DNA of 56,406 nucleotides from an uncultured Candidatus Saccharibacteria bacterium (GCA_964645245.1 CAZYBS010000004.1:1-56406), one strand, 5' to 3'. Positions 8,551 through 17,712 are shown, counted from the stretch's first letter. Program-made: numbers and translations. The notes: a model not told the origin generated them from the letters alone.

Positions 8551-8943
8551 ATGTTAAGCAAAATAAAATTCAGTCCGGTAGACATGGAAGCCCGCAAGAA
8601 ACTCAACTTTAAAGCCGGGGATACGGTGTCCGTCTGGTCTAAGATACAGGACGAAAAAGGTAAGTTTCGCTTACAGGCTTTTGAAGGCATGGTGCTGGCC
8701 AGAAAGCATGGCACAGAAATTGGCGCGACTTTTACTGTCAGAAAAATCGCTTCCGGTATCGGGGTTGAAAGAATTTTCCCGCTTTATTCTCCAATGATAG
8801 ATAAAATTGAAATAATTAAAAAATCTCATGCTCGCCGGTCCAAACTTTATTATATTCGCACCAAGGCGGTCAAAGACGTCCGCAGCAAAATGCGTTCATC
8901 TACACCAATAGCTGAGGAAGCTCTAGCGGAAGAGGCAAAATAA
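8551..8943 (+). CDS. rplS: 50S ribosomal protein L19
   Basis: KAGDTVSVWSKIQDE..RLQAFEGMVLARK..TFTVRKI..GVERIFPLYSP pattern. ATG at 8551 inside ORF 8491..8943. Confidence 0.9.
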   Translation: MLSKIKFSPVDMEARKKLNFKAGDTVSVWSKIQDEKGKFRLQAFEGMVLARKHGTEIGATFTVRKIASGIGVERIFPLYSPMIDKIEIIKKSHARRSKLYYIRTKAVKDVRSKMRSSTPIAEEALAEEAK

Positions 8944-8969
8944 TAAAATAGTTTGGTATACTATAGATT

Positions 8970-9052
8970 GCGCGGGTGGAGAAACGGTAGACTCGCCATC
9001 TTGAGGTGGTGGTGCCTGTAAAGGCGTGGAGGTTCAAATCCTCTCCCGCGCA
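8970..9052 (+). tRNA. tRNA-Leu (anticodon GAG)
   Basis: Acceptor GCGCGGG/CCCGCGC, loop TTGAGGT, long variable arm TGCCTGTAAAGGCGT, T-loop TTCAAAT. Confidence 0.8.
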
Positions 9053-9131
9053 CAGACAACCTAACTTTTTTTTGTATTGATTTTTTATTTAAATATAGGT
9101 ATTCTTTTTCTAAACGTACACAGGGAGGATT

Positions 9132-9350
9132 ATGTCCACGGACGAAGAAAGTGCTCGGAGTCTATTGGTGAGTCAAGGGTTCAAGAAATTTACCCTTACA
9201 TACGATCCGGACGCCCTTCTGGGCATGCGGTGGTGGTGCTCAATTCGTGGCGTTTGGGCGCCAGTCCTACATGGTAGGGCCGAGGACTGGGGTTTTACCG
9301 CTATGGATGCCGTACTCAAGGCGTTGGCGTGTGGCCCAAGAAGGGAGTGA
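9132..9350 (+). CDS. hypothetical small protein, island C (72 aa)
   Basis: GGGAGG SD just upstream, GC-rich, followed by the 9358-9386 hairpin. No recognisable motif. Confidence 0.4.
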   Translation: MSTDEESARSLLVSQGFKKFTLTYDPDALLGMRWWCSIRGVWAPVLHGRAEDWGFTAMDAVLKALACGPRRE

Positions 9351-9357
9351 TTAACAT

Positions 9358-9386
9358 CGCGCCGGCGGAGACCATCCCCCGGCGCG
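9358..9386. terminator. GC hairpin between convergent island C ORF and ogt
   Basis: CGCGCCGG/CCGGCGCG 8-bp stem. No clear T-run on either strand. Confidence 0.45.
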
Positions 9387-9389
9387 AAA

Positions 9390-9644
9390 CTATTTAATCG
9401 CTCCCTCTTTGCGCAAAAGTTTGATTTTGTTTTTTATTCCGCGATTGTAATTGCCTAGACTTCCGTCGGATTTGATGACTCTATGGCAAGGTATTTTCAC
9501 ATCAAAATTCTTAGAGAGAATTCTCCCCACCGCGCGATAAGCCAAAGGGCTCTCCGCGCATTTCGCCACCTCTTTATAGGTTATGGTTTTACCCCTTGGT
9601 ATGGTTTTAACTATATTTAAAACTTTCTCTTTAAAATTAGTCAT
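9390..9644 (-). CDS. ogt: methylated-DNA-protein-cysteine methyltransferase (MGMT/Ogt DNA-binding domain)
   Basis: PCHRVIKSDGSLGNY active-site motif. The ATG at 9644 gives ~84 aa. Confidence 0.8.
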   Translation of the reverse strand: MTNFKEKVLNIVKTIPRGKTITYKEVAKCAESPLAYRAVGRILSKNFDVKIPCHRVIKSDGSLGNYNRGIKNKIKLLRKEGAIK

Positions 9645-9795
9645 ATGTTTATATGATATACTAAAATTAATCATTATGACATTTTTAATAATATCTTTTT
9701 TAGTTGGAGCGCATACCCTTATATTGAAAATAAAAAAACCGGGTGTGAAAATTTTTACATTCACCTTTGGTTAAGGTATAGTACCCTTTAAACTT

Positions 9796-10374
9796 ATGAA
9801 AAATTACAAGAATTTATTGATCGTCCTTATTTCACTTGGCATTATCATTTTTCTGGCCTACTCGCTTCTTGAATACCGAAAAAGCGGTATTGCTGAAGAA
9901 GGGCTAGTTACCTGCGCGGATGAACAATGTTTTTGGAGTTCGCACATTCATATTTATGCCCCGATACAAATTTGCGGTGAGAAATATGCCTTGCCTAAGT
10001 TTAAGGGGCCTCTTAGTGGCTTGCATACCCATGCGGATGAAAATATTATTCATTGGCACGATAAAGTCATTTTTGATGCCGAGAAAAAACAACCTTCTGA
10101 ACCAACTCCATTTGCGCTCAATTTAATTTTCAAAACCCTCGAACTTCCGATTACGGAAGAAAATCTGCTCAATAAAAAAAATGGCGATATGTGCCGCAAT
10201 TCCGCAAGTACATGGAAAATTTTTGTGAATGTAATGCCGTATCCCGACTGGAGAAACTATGAATGGAGAGATCAAGATATTATTTTTTTTGTCTTTGACG
10301 AGCGGACAGTGGAAGATGTTGAGAAAGAACTTCGCCAAAATCCCATAAAATTTCCTGCCCTTGGGGAGGGATAA
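9796..10374 (+). CDS. membrane-anchored extracytoplasmic protein (unknown)
   Basis: N-terminal TM helix. His-rich patch HTHADENIIHWHD and several Cys. Upstream of the thiol-redox genes. Confidence 0.5.
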   Translation: MKNYKNLLIVLISLGIIIFLAYSLLEYRKSGIAEEGLVTCADEQCFWSSHIHIYAPIQICGEKYALPKFKGPLSGLHTHADENIIHWHDKVIFDAEKKQPSEPTPFALNLIFKTLELPITEENLLNKKNGDMCRNSASTWKIFVNVMPYPDWRNYEWRDQDIIFFVFDERTVEDVEKELRQNPIKFPALGEG

Positions 10375-10415
10375 AAAGTTGACGCTTTATTGGAAAATAA
10401 GCTATACTCATAATT

Positions 10416-10589
10416 ATGGATAGCAGCACAGATAAAAAAACATGTGTCCGGTGCAATAAAAGAGACTGTGCGCAATGCGTTGAAGAAAGTGGCAAAAGTT
10501 TCTGCTGTCAGATCTGTTGCGATGAATATAAAAAGAGGAAAGATGAGCAGAAGAAAGAAGAGCCAGTCAATGTTTGTAATTTTTGTTAG
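10416..10589 (+). CDS. small Cys-rich protein (57 aa, below ORF-track cutoff)
   Basis: Read manually: MDSSTDKKTCVRCNKRDCAQCVEESGKSFCCQICCDEYKK...NVCNFC, 11 Cys. TATACT -10 box upstream. Confidence 0.4.
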   Translation: MDSSTDKKTCVRCNKRDCAQCVEESGKSFCCQICCDEYKKRKDEQKKEEPVNVCNFC

Positions 10590-10605
10590 CCAGAGAACAT
10601 AAAAT

Positions 10606-11298
10606 ATGGAAATAAATAGTTTAACTATTCCTATTCTAGTGGGAGCCGCTATTATTGACAGCATTAATCCCTGCGCGTTTGGGGTACTCGTTTTTTTACT
10701 TGCCTATCTTTTTAAGGCTTTTAATTCCCGCCGGTTGGTGCTTGCGCATGGTCTTACTTATATAAGCGCTGTTTTCCTGACTTATCTTCTGGCCGGACTT
10801 CTGCTTCTTCCAATTATCAGCCAATTGGGCAGAATTAGTACTTGGGCGTATGTCGGCATAGGAGTTATTCTGATTGTTTTTGGAGTACTGGAAATTAAAG
10901 ATTTCTTCTTTTATGGTAAGGGCTTTTCTCTGGGGATTTTTCCGTCAGCTGGCCGGCGCATTGAAATACTTGTCCGACATATTACCGGGAGACTCTCCAC
11001 CTCTTTCTTTCTGGGTGTCTTCGTGGCCCTTGTTGAACTGCCCTGCACGGGAGCGGTGTATCTTGGTGTGTTAACACTAGTATCTATTGTCGGCCTCACC
11101 GCCAATAACATTTTTCTCTTAGTAATATATAATCTTCTTTTCGTTCTTCCGCTAGTAATTATCCTGTTTTTAATTCATCGCGGCGGTCAGACAGAAAAAT
11201 TCGAGAAATGGCGAGAAAAATATCGTAGATATATGCGCTTGGCCATTGGATTGCTCTTGGTGGTCTTGGGTGTCTGGATGATTAAATTTATTTTTTAA
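10606..11298 (+). CDS. ccdA: CcdA/DsbD-family thiol-disulfide transporter membrane protein
   Basis: Conserved Cys in TM helices (INPCAFGVL and ELPCTGAVY); 6-TM layout. Confidence 0.8.
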   Translation: MEINSLTIPILVGAAIIDSINPCAFGVLVFLLAYLFKAFNSRRLVLAHGLTYISAVFLTYLLAGLLLLPIISQLGRISTWAYVGIGVILIVFGVLEIKDFFFYGKGFSLGIFPSAGRRIEILVRHITGRLSTSFFLGVFVALVELPCTGAVYLGVLTLVSIVGLTANNIFLLVIYNLLFVLPLVIILFLIHRGGQTEKFEKWREKYRRYMRLAIGLLLVVLGVWMIKFIF

Positions 11299-11312
11299 GA
11301 TACAATACCTCC

Positions 11313-11771
11313 ATGCTGTTTTCAAACGATATTTTTGTAAGAGTAATAATTTGTGTTTTAGGAATATGCGGCTTTATAGTGGCCTATCATATCTATAAGC
11401 ACAAAAAAGCTGACAAACCTCTTATTTGTCCAATTGGATTTGATTGTACTTTTGTCGTCCATAGTGATTATTCTGAATTCATGCATGTGCCGCTGGAGAT
11501 TTTTGGGATGATCTACTATGCTCTCCTGTCTCTCTTCTACCTCCTGTCTATATTTATGTTTACTGTTATACCAGTTATGCTATCTAGTTTTTTACTGTTA
11601 GCGTCTCTTGGCGCCTTTCTTTTTTCTATGTATCTTCTGTGCGTACAAATTTTCATATTGAAAAAAGGATGTTCTTGGTGCATAGTTTCTACTCTTATTT
11701 CAGTTTTTATTTTTATTTTAACCGTATTTATTTTCGACTTCAGTAGCATTTATGGCTATTTTTTGATATAA
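11313..11771 (+). CDS. vitamin K epoxide reductase (VKOR) family protein
   Basis: Loop Cys pair (CPIGFDC) and CSWC redox motif within a TM helix. Confidence 0.75.
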   Translation: MLFSNDIFVRVIICVLGICGFIVAYHIYKHKKADKPLICPIGFDCTFVVHSDYSEFMHVPLEIFGMIYYALLSLFYLLSIFMFTVIPVMLSSFLLLASLGAFLFSMYLLCVQIFILKKGCSWCIVSTLISVFIFILTVFIFDFSSIYGYFLI

Positions 11772-11783
11772 ATAACAACATAT

Positions 11784-11821
11784 GGTGCCTATGGTGTAAT
11801 AGTAGCACAAGAGCTTGTGGA
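11784..11821 (+). pseudogene. tRNA-His-like 5' half (acceptor, D-arm, GTG anticodon loop) lacking a 3' half
   Basis: GGTGCCTATGGTGTAATAGTAGCACAAGAGCTTGTGGA parallels the 5' half of tRNA-His at 12890. No T-arm or acceptor 3' strand follows. Confidence 0.4.
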
Positions 11822-11878
11822 TTTATTCCACAAGGTTTCCTGTTTACAAATTCTGGCTCTAGATGATATAATATAGTT

Positions 11879-12400
11879 ATGCAAACTATTTTCTGTGATT
11901 ATTGCCGGAAAAGTTTCAAACGCAAGAAGTCCCAAATAGAAAAAGCAAAGAAACATTTTTGCTCAAATCAATGCAGGTATTTAGGTAGGAAAAAAGGAAA
12001 AGTTTTTAATTGTTTTATTTGTGGTAAGAAAACTTACAAGTCTCTTAAAAATATTAGGCTCTCAAAGAGTAAAAAATTTTTCTGCAATCGTCAATGTTCT
12101 ATGCAGTATCTCAATTTAATGCAACGAGAAGAAAAAAATCCTAATTGGAAAGGGGGCAAAAGTTCTTACAAAGAAATACTGCCAAGATATATCCCTAAAT
12201 TTAAATGTTTTATCTGTGATGTTCGTGACCAAAGAATTCTAATAGTTCACCATGCTGATAAAGATAGGAATAATAATTTACCTGATAATTTGATATGGCT
12301 TTGTCAGAACTGTCATTTTTTAGTCCACCATGATAGAAAAACAACCAGTATTTTCCAAGAAAAATTCAAAAAATATGTTAAAGCCAAACACAAAATGTAA
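11879..12400 (+). CDS. HNH endonuclease with N-terminal zinc-ribbon repeats
   Basis: ILIVHHADKDRNNNLPDNLIWLCQNCHFLVHH HNH motif and repeated C..C...FC..QC units. Confidence 0.75.
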   Translation: MQTIFCDYCRKSFKRKKSQIEKAKKHFCSNQCRYLGRKKGKVFNCFICGKKTYKSLKNIRLSKSKKFFCNRQCSMQYLNLMQREEKNPNWKGGKSSYKEILPRYIPKFKCFICDVRDQRILIVHHADKDRNNNLPDNLIWLCQNCHFLVHHDRKTTSIFQEKFKKYVKAKHKM

Positions 12401-12881
12401 AATTTGTAATAGGAAATTCTATGCAAGGCCATCTTTCTTAAAACATGGATGGGGTTTATACTGTTCTCGTATTTGTCATCATGGGGGCATGATAAAACCT
12501 CGAAGAAAGTTTAGTTGTTTTACATGTGGTAAGGATGTTTTTATTGAGCAGTCAAAAATAAAAAAATCCAAGAGCGGTAAATTTTTTTGTGATAAATCAT
12601 GCCAGACAAGGTGGCGTAATAAAGTATTTTCAGGGATAAGGCACAGGAATTGGAAAGACGGATCCCAAATTTATCGGAGAAAATTATTAAACAGTCGAAA
12701 GGTTAAACGATGTATATTATGCAGACAGGATGACTTTCGTGTTCTTGCCGTGCATCATGTTGATCAAAATAGGAAAAACCAAAAACTTGAAAACTTAGAA
12801 TGGTTGTGCCACAATTGCCATTACCTTGTCCATCATGATGAAAAAGAGCAAAAAAAATTCCTGCGCTTGATTGGTAGATAA
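12375..12881 (+). CDS. HNH endonuclease paralog
   Basis: LAVHHVDQNRKNQKLENLEWLCHNCHYLVHH. Same architecture as the upstream gene. ATG at 12375 inside ORF 12330..12881. Confidence 0.75.
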   Translation: MLKPNTKCKICNRKFYARPSFLKHGWGLYCSRICHHGGMIKPRRKFSCFTCGKDVFIEQSKIKKSKSGKFFCDKSCQTRWRNKVFSGIRHRNWKDGSQIYRRKLLNSRKVKRCILCRQDDFRVLAVHHVDQNRKNQKLENLEWLCHNCHYLVHHDEKEQKKFLRLIGR

Positions 12882-12889
12882 GGGTATAT

Positions 12890-12963
12890 GGTACCCGTGG
12901 TGTATTGGTTTCGCACGTACCCCTGTGGAGGGTGAAGAAAGGGTTCAAATCCCTTCGGGTACC
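12890..12963 (+). tRNA. tRNA-His (anticodon GTG) with encoded G-1
   Basis: G-1 opposite C73, acceptor GTACCCG/CGGGTAC, loop CTGTGGA, T-loop TTCAAAT. Confidence 0.8.
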
Positions 12964-12965
12964 CA

Positions 12966-13631
12966 ATGGATATATTAGTTAATGAGTTTCCAGAATATTG
13001 CGAAAGGGTTCAAAACTTTTGGTTTTCTGAACCCCTCAATGTTTTATCAAATTTAGCTTTTTTAATCGGAGCCTGTTTTTTGTGGAGATTTATAAAACGT
13101 AATTATTTAAATTCTAATTTAGGTCTAACCCTGTGTAGCTTAATAATTATATTAAGTTTTGGTAGTTTTGCCTGGCATGCTTCCCGATCTGAACTGACAC
13201 TATGGTTTGATACTATACCTATTTATATATTTATTATTTACATTGCTTTCTTATTGATTCAATCTTTAACTAGGAATATCAAATACACTTCAGGCTTCGT
13301 TGCTTTAATTAGCCTTATATATTTTTTGGTTTTTACTTATATACCAAATATTAATATCTTAAGCGGACTCTCTAAGTATATATTTGCTTTCTGTGTCTTT
13401 ATCATAATTACTATATTCGTTAGCATTAAGTATGGAATGAAACACGATTTTATCTATCCATTAAGTATCTTCGGCCTTGCTATTGTTTTTAGGGGGATTG
13501 ATCTACTTGTGTGCTCCAATTTTCCTTTAGGCACTCATTTTCTTTGGCATATTACAGTTGCTGCAGCTATGTATTCATCTTCGTTGGTTGTGTTAACATT
13601 AAATACTAAAGTTAATAAACTGCAAGCATAG
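12966..13631 (+). CDS. ceramidase-family-like 7-TM membrane protein
   Basis: EYCE..FWFSEPLNVLSNLAF N-terminal motif resembles alkaline ceramidase-type membrane hydrolases. Confidence 0.5.
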   Translation: MDILVNEFPEYCERVQNFWFSEPLNVLSNLAFLIGACFLWRFIKRNYLNSNLGLTLCSLIIILSFGSFAWHASRSELTLWFDTIPIYIFIIYIAFLLIQSLTRNIKYTSGFVALISLIYFLVFTYIPNINILSGLSKYIFAFCVFIIITIFVSIKYGMKHDFIYPLSIFGLAIVFRGIDLLVCSNFPLGTHFLWHITVAAAMYSSSLVVLTLNTKVNKLQA

Positions 13632-13651
13632 ATAATTATCTTATTTTTCTT

Positions 13652-14047
13652 TTATTTCTTTTTCTCTATATCTTCGTCAATATGGTCTAGCTTTTTCTCT
13701 AGTCTATGCAAAGTATTTTGCAGATTTTTAAGCTGGGTTTCTTCTGTTTCAACTTCTTCTTCCACTTTTTCAGCCATTTTTTCTTCACCAATCAGGCCGG
13801 AAATAATAAGCCGGCTCCCAATAAAAGCGGAGACAAATACCCCTGTTATCAGAAGGAGAATAGAGCCGATAATTATTGAAACAATACTACTGGTATTTAT
13901 GTCATCCGCCAGATGCCATACTCCGCGCCAAAATAGTATGACCCCAATCCCTCCTACAAAACCATAAAGAATAGGATAGTGGCTTAATTTACCTCTTACT
14001 TTATCTTCTAATTTATCAAAAAATTGTATAATCTTTTTTAGCTTCAT
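13652..14047 (-). CDS. membrane protein with C-terminal coiled coil (unknown)
   Basis: Two TM helices, then an acidic coiled coil. The start codon abuts the 71-nt repeat. Confidence 0.5.
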   Translation of the reverse strand: MKLKKIIQFFDKLEDKVRGKLSHYPILYGFVGGIGVILFWRGVWHLADDINTSSIVSIIIGSILLLITGVFVSAFIGSRLIISGLIGEEKMAEKVEEEVETEETQLKNLQNTLHRLEKKLDHIDEDIEKKK

Positions 14048-14118
14048 CCCAGTACTAAAATTTTAAATAATAATGTTTATCTTTATGTCTCGTAATCAAA
14101 AATTTAGTACGGGACAAG
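14048..14118 (-). repeat. 71-nt hairpin (TIR-bearing) element, copy 1, forming the 5' leader of 13652..14047
   Basis: The reverse complement matches 18518-18588 at 64/71 positions. Arms CCCGTACTAAATTTT / AAAATTTTAGTACTGGG. Confidence 0.75.
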
Positions 14119-14155
14119 TATTGCTTAATCATACACTAAGAGTAGAATTATTGCG

Positions 14156-14707
14156 ATGATATGGGATGATGAAAACCTTATTAAGGTACTTGAAGGAAAT
14201 GGCGTAGTGGTCATGCCTACAGACACCTTGTATGGAATTGTAGGCAAGGCATTGAGTGAAATCACTGTAGAGCGTATTTATAAACTACGGAAAAGAAACC
14301 TGGAAAAACCTTGCATTATATTAATCGGCGATATAAATGAGTTAAAAAAATTTGACATAGTTCTGACAAAAGCGCAGAGAAATGAAATTGGAAAATATAG
14401 AGAACCAACCAGTTTTATTGTTGATTGCGCTGATGAAAAATTTTCGTATTTACACCGCGGCACGTGCACACTTGCTTTTCGTTTACCCGCTTCAAAGTCC
14501 TTGCGAAATTTTTTGATAAAAACAGGCCCGCTTGTCGCGCCTTCTGCAAATCCGGAAGGGTTATCTCCGGCTCATACCGTTTTTGAAGCGCAAGAATATT
14601 TTGGTGACCAAGTAGACTTATATATTGACGGCGGGGAAATTAGAGGCAAGGCGTCAAAGATCGTTAAATTGCATAAAAATGGTTCTGCGAGTATAATTAG
14701 GCAATAA
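14156..14707 (+). CDS. tsaC: L-threonylcarbamoyladenylate synthase (YrdC/TsaC family)
   Basis: VVVMPTDTLYGIVG and APSANPEG motifs. Confidence 0.85.
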   Translation: MIWDDENLIKVLEGNGVVVMPTDTLYGIVGKALSEITVERIYKLRKRNLEKPCIILIGDINELKKFDIVLTKAQRNEIGKYREPTSFIVDCADEKFSYLHRGTCTLAFRLPASKSLRNFLIKTGPLVAPSANPEGLSPAHTVFEAQEYFGDQVDLYIDGGEIRGKASKIVKLHKNGSASIIRQ

Positions 14708-14711
14708 GAAT

Positions 14712-15242
14712 ATGGCACAAAATCACGTTTCATTTTTAAAAGCACTATTTGGCGAAAGCGAAGAGTCGCGAAGGAGAATATTTCACAGCATCAAGGCAAA
14801 AGCTGACGCTAGAAGAACAACAACAGAAAGAATTGCAGACTGGATGACTTCGCGTTTTGGGAGCATAACTTTTTTATTATTGAACATGTTGTTGTTTTTG
14901 GTGTGGATACTTATCAATACTAACCAGATAAAAGGAATTACGGCATTTGATCCTTTTCCTTTTAATCTTCTAACTACCATTGTTTCTTTGCAGGCTATTA
15001 TTCTGGCAATCTTCGTACTCGTCTCTCAAAATCGAAATCTGAAAGTAGATGATTTACGGGAGGAAACTCATTTGCAAATCAATCTTATTGCTGAAAAAGA
15101 AATTACCAAACTTATGAAAATGCTGGCAATACTTCTTGAGAAACAGGGCGTAGATCTTTCACAAGACCCCGAATTAAAAAAACTGCTTAAACCCATTAGT
15201 GAAGAAGAAATAGAAAAAAGATTAGAAAAAGAGATTTTGTAA
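14712..15242 (+). CDS. DUF1003-family membrane protein
   Basis: FDPFPFNLLTTIVSLQAIILAIFVLVSQNR signature. Confidence 0.7.
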   Translation: MAQNHVSFLKALFGESEESRRRIFHSIKAKADARRTTTERIADWMTSRFGSITFLLLNMLLFLVWILINTNQIKGITAFDPFPFNLLTTIVSLQAIILAIFVLVSQNRNLKVDDLREETHLQINLIAEKEITKLMKMLAILLEKQGVDLSQDPELKKLLKPISEEEIEKRLEKEIL

Positions 15243-15243
15243 T

Positions 15244-16266
15244 ATGGAAATTCTAAGAAATTACGATTTGAAAAATTTGAATACTTTTGGTATATCAGCT
15301 AAGGCTAAATTTTTTGTAGAGATTGCGAATGAAAGAGAATTAAAAGAGCTTTTTGTTAATCCGGTATTTGTGGAAAATGAAAAACTTTTTTTAGGTGGTG
15401 GCAGCAATGTGCTTTTCACTAAAGATTTTGATGGAATAGTAATTTTAAATAAATTGAAGGGTGTAGAAACATTGAGTGAAAGTTCCACTGATGTTCTGAT
15501 TCGGTCAATGGGTGGGGAAATATGGCATGATCTGGTAATTTTTGCCGTAGAGCGAGGATATTGGGGTATTGAAAATTTATCGCTGATTCCGGGCACAGTC
15601 GGTGCCGCGCCGATGCAAAATGTTGGAGCATATGGGGCAGAACTGGAGAATGTTTTAGAGACGGTTGAAGCATACAACATAGAAAATGGCAGAGAGAATA
15701 AGAGAAGAATTTTTAAAAAAGAAGAATGCGAATTAGGTTACAGAGATAGTGTTTTTAAAAATAGATTAAAAGGAAAATATTTTATTTCTGCCATAACCTT
15801 AAAATTAAGCAAAGTAGAGAGAAAAAATATCAGTTATAAATCTCTGCTTGATTATTTTAAAAAACATAAAACTGAAATTAATAGCCCCAAAGACATAAGT
15901 GACGCAGTAACAATTATTCGCAGAAGTGTGTTACCAGATCCGGCCGTCATCGGCAATGCTGGAAGTTTTTTTAAAAGCGTTTTTGTGAAAAAAGAAAAAA
16001 TAGAAGAAATGCTGGTAACTTATCCCAATATGCCATATTTTGAGGACAGTGGAGTTTTGAAAATTCCCGCTGGGTGGCTGGTAGAACAAGCTGGGTGGAA
16101 AGGCAAAAGAATAGGCAATGTCGGTGTACACGAAAAACACGCTTTGGTCTTGGTAAATTATGGCGGAGGGAGTGGTGAAGAAGTTAAAAATTTAGCCGAG
16201 CAAATTATGGCTTCGGTTTTCTCCAAATTTGGTTTAAAGCTTGTTCCCGAAGTTAATTTGATTTAA
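15244..16266 (+). CDS. murB: UDP-N-acetylenolpyruvoylglucosamine reductase
   Basis: FAD-binding N-terminus (NTFGI..GGGSNVLF) and C-terminal GSFFK..PAGWLVEQAGWKG motifs. Confidence 0.9.
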   Translation: MEILRNYDLKNLNTFGISAKAKFFVEIANERELKELFVNPVFVENEKLFLGGGSNVLFTKDFDGIVILNKLKGVETLSESSTDVLIRSMGGEIWHDLVIFAVERGYWGIENLSLIPGTVGAAPMQNVGAYGAELENVLETVEAYNIENGRENKRRIFKKEECELGYRDSVFKNRLKGKYFISAITLKLSKVERKNISYKSLLDYFKKHKTEINSPKDISDAVTIIRRSVLPDPAVIGNAGSFFKSVFVKKEKIEEMLVTYPNMPYFEDSGVLKIPAGWLVEQAGWKGKRIGNVGVHEKHALVLVNYGGGSGEEVKNLAEQIMASVFSKFGLKLVPEVNLI

Positions 16267-16295
16267 TAATTATGGATGTGTATAATTAAGGTATT

Positions 16296-17099
16296 GTGCC
16301 CAATGAATACATAAAAAATTTATCTAAAGCAGCGCTTGTTTTTCTAGTCATCCTCTCTCTATTTTTTGCCGTAAAATTAATGGCTGAACTTCGGTCTTAC
16401 GGCATGATGGGAAGCAAAGATGTGAATACCATTACCTTGTCTGGACATGGAGAAGTGCAAGCCGTACCGGACATTGCCAATGTTTATTTCACTATTTTAA
16501 AAGAAGCCAAGACAGTAAAAGAAGCGCAAGAGGCCGTGGCTCTGGTTGAAAAAGTGTCATTAGATTTCTTAAAAAATAATAATGTGGCAGAAAAAGATAT
16601 AAAAACAGACAATGTTTCTGTCTATCCAAAATATGAATACAAGTATGATACAAAGATAATGATGCCTTGTAGTGAGTTTGATTGTCCACCTCGTCCGGGA
16701 AAGAATGTAATTACCGGGTATACGGCTTCCGAGAGTATCACAGTCAAAGTTCGCAAAATTGATGATGTTGGGAAAATTATGCAGGGTTTGGGCGGCTTGG
16801 GAGTTTCTAATTTAAACGGCCCTAATTTCGCGATAGATAATGAAGATGGATTAAAAGCTGAAGCCAGAAAAAAAGCGATTGATGATGCGAAAGTCAAGGC
16901 TAAAGTTTTAGCAAAAGATTTGGGCATAAGATTGGGCAGGATTGCGAATTTCAGCGAAAATAACTATGGGGGACCTATTTTTTATGGTAAGGCTACAATG
17001 ATGTCAGCAGATGGTGCCGCCGAAGCAGCTCCAGCCGAAATCCCTAAAGGCGAGAACACTATTAGCTCGGATGTGACGATTTCTTACGAAATCAGGTAA
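16296..17099 (+). CDS. SIMPL/DUF541 periplasmic protein
   Basis: ITLSGHGEVQAVPDIANVYFTI start of the SIMPL domain. GTG start; N-terminal TM helix. Confidence 0.75.
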   Translation: MPNEYIKNLSKAALVFLVILSLFFAVKLMAELRSYGMMGSKDVNTITLSGHGEVQAVPDIANVYFTILKEAKTVKEAQEAVALVEKVSLDFLKNNNVAEKDIKTDNVSVYPKYEYKYDTKIMMPCSEFDCPPRPGKNVITGYTASESITVKVRKIDDVGKIMQGLGGLGVSNLNGPNFAIDNEDGLKAEARKKAIDDAKVKAKVLAKDLGIRLGRIANFSENNYGGPIFYGKATMMSADGAAEAAPAEIPKGENTISSDVTISYEIR

Positions 17100-17169
17100 A
17101 TGCATAAGTTCACATACATAAGGCGTTTCCTCTTGTTGTTTTTTAGCTATTACGATATAATGGGTCATT

Positions 17170-17445
17170 ATGACGAGAAATATTAAAGTCAATAAAAAAA
17201 TAAAAATGGAAGTAGAAACCTTGTACGGAACATTTCAGGTAATTCTTGAACCAGAACCAGATATGGGCGGCTATATGGTTACTGTTCCAAAACGGCCGGA
17301 TGTTATTTCTTGGGGCAAGACCCAAGCACATGCTCGACGTATGGCCAAGGAAGCAATCGAATGCTCTGTCGAGGGGGAAATGCTTATTACCTTTGAAAAA
17401 GAAGGGATTGTGACCATCAAAAAACAACGGCTTTCTCTAGCATGA
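17170..17445 (+). CDS. hicB: HicB-family antitoxin
   Basis: Small ORF overlapping the hicA start (ATGA). HicB-like N-terminal fold pattern. Start may be ATG 17206. Confidence 0.6.
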   Translation: MTRNIKVNKKIKMEVETLYGTFQVILEPEPDMGGYMVTVPKRPDVISWGKTQAHARRMAKEAIECSVEGEMLITFEKEGIVTIKKQRLSLA

Positions 17446-17663
17446 GTATTCTTCCGATACTAGCCGCCCGAGAAGTGCTTCGCCGATTGATACGCGCCGG
17501 TTTTAGAATTGTTTCACAAAAAGGGAGCCATGTGAAGCTGTTTAATCCTACTTCTGGCAGGCGTACTGAAATTCCAATGCATCCTGGCAACTTAGGACGT
17601 AAACTTATTATGAAAATTCTCAAACAAGCGGGGATATCCGTCAAGAAATTTCTAGGTTTGTAG
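17442..17663 (+). CDS. hicA: HicA-family mRNA interferase toxin
   Basis: [21 protein letters not shown].....[10 protein letters not shown] typical HicA. Confidence 0.8.
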   Translation: MSILPILAAREVLRRLIRAGFRIVSQKGSHVKLFNPTSGRRTEIPMHPGNLGRKLIMKILKQAGISVKKFLGL

Positions 17664-17712
17664 GTAAGACTTAAGTTTGACTATTTCGTAAAAAAAGGAT
17701 ATTATTGAAACC

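Noticed and set aside
11784-11860. Intron-containing tRNA-His, or a suppressor tRNA using the CTTGTGGA-TTTAT-TCCACAAG hairpin as anticodon arm (anticodon TTA)
   Set aside because: There is no T-arm and no acceptor 3' strand complementary to GGTGCCT anywhere downstream. Position 37 would be a pyrimidine. A truncated fragment is the better reading.
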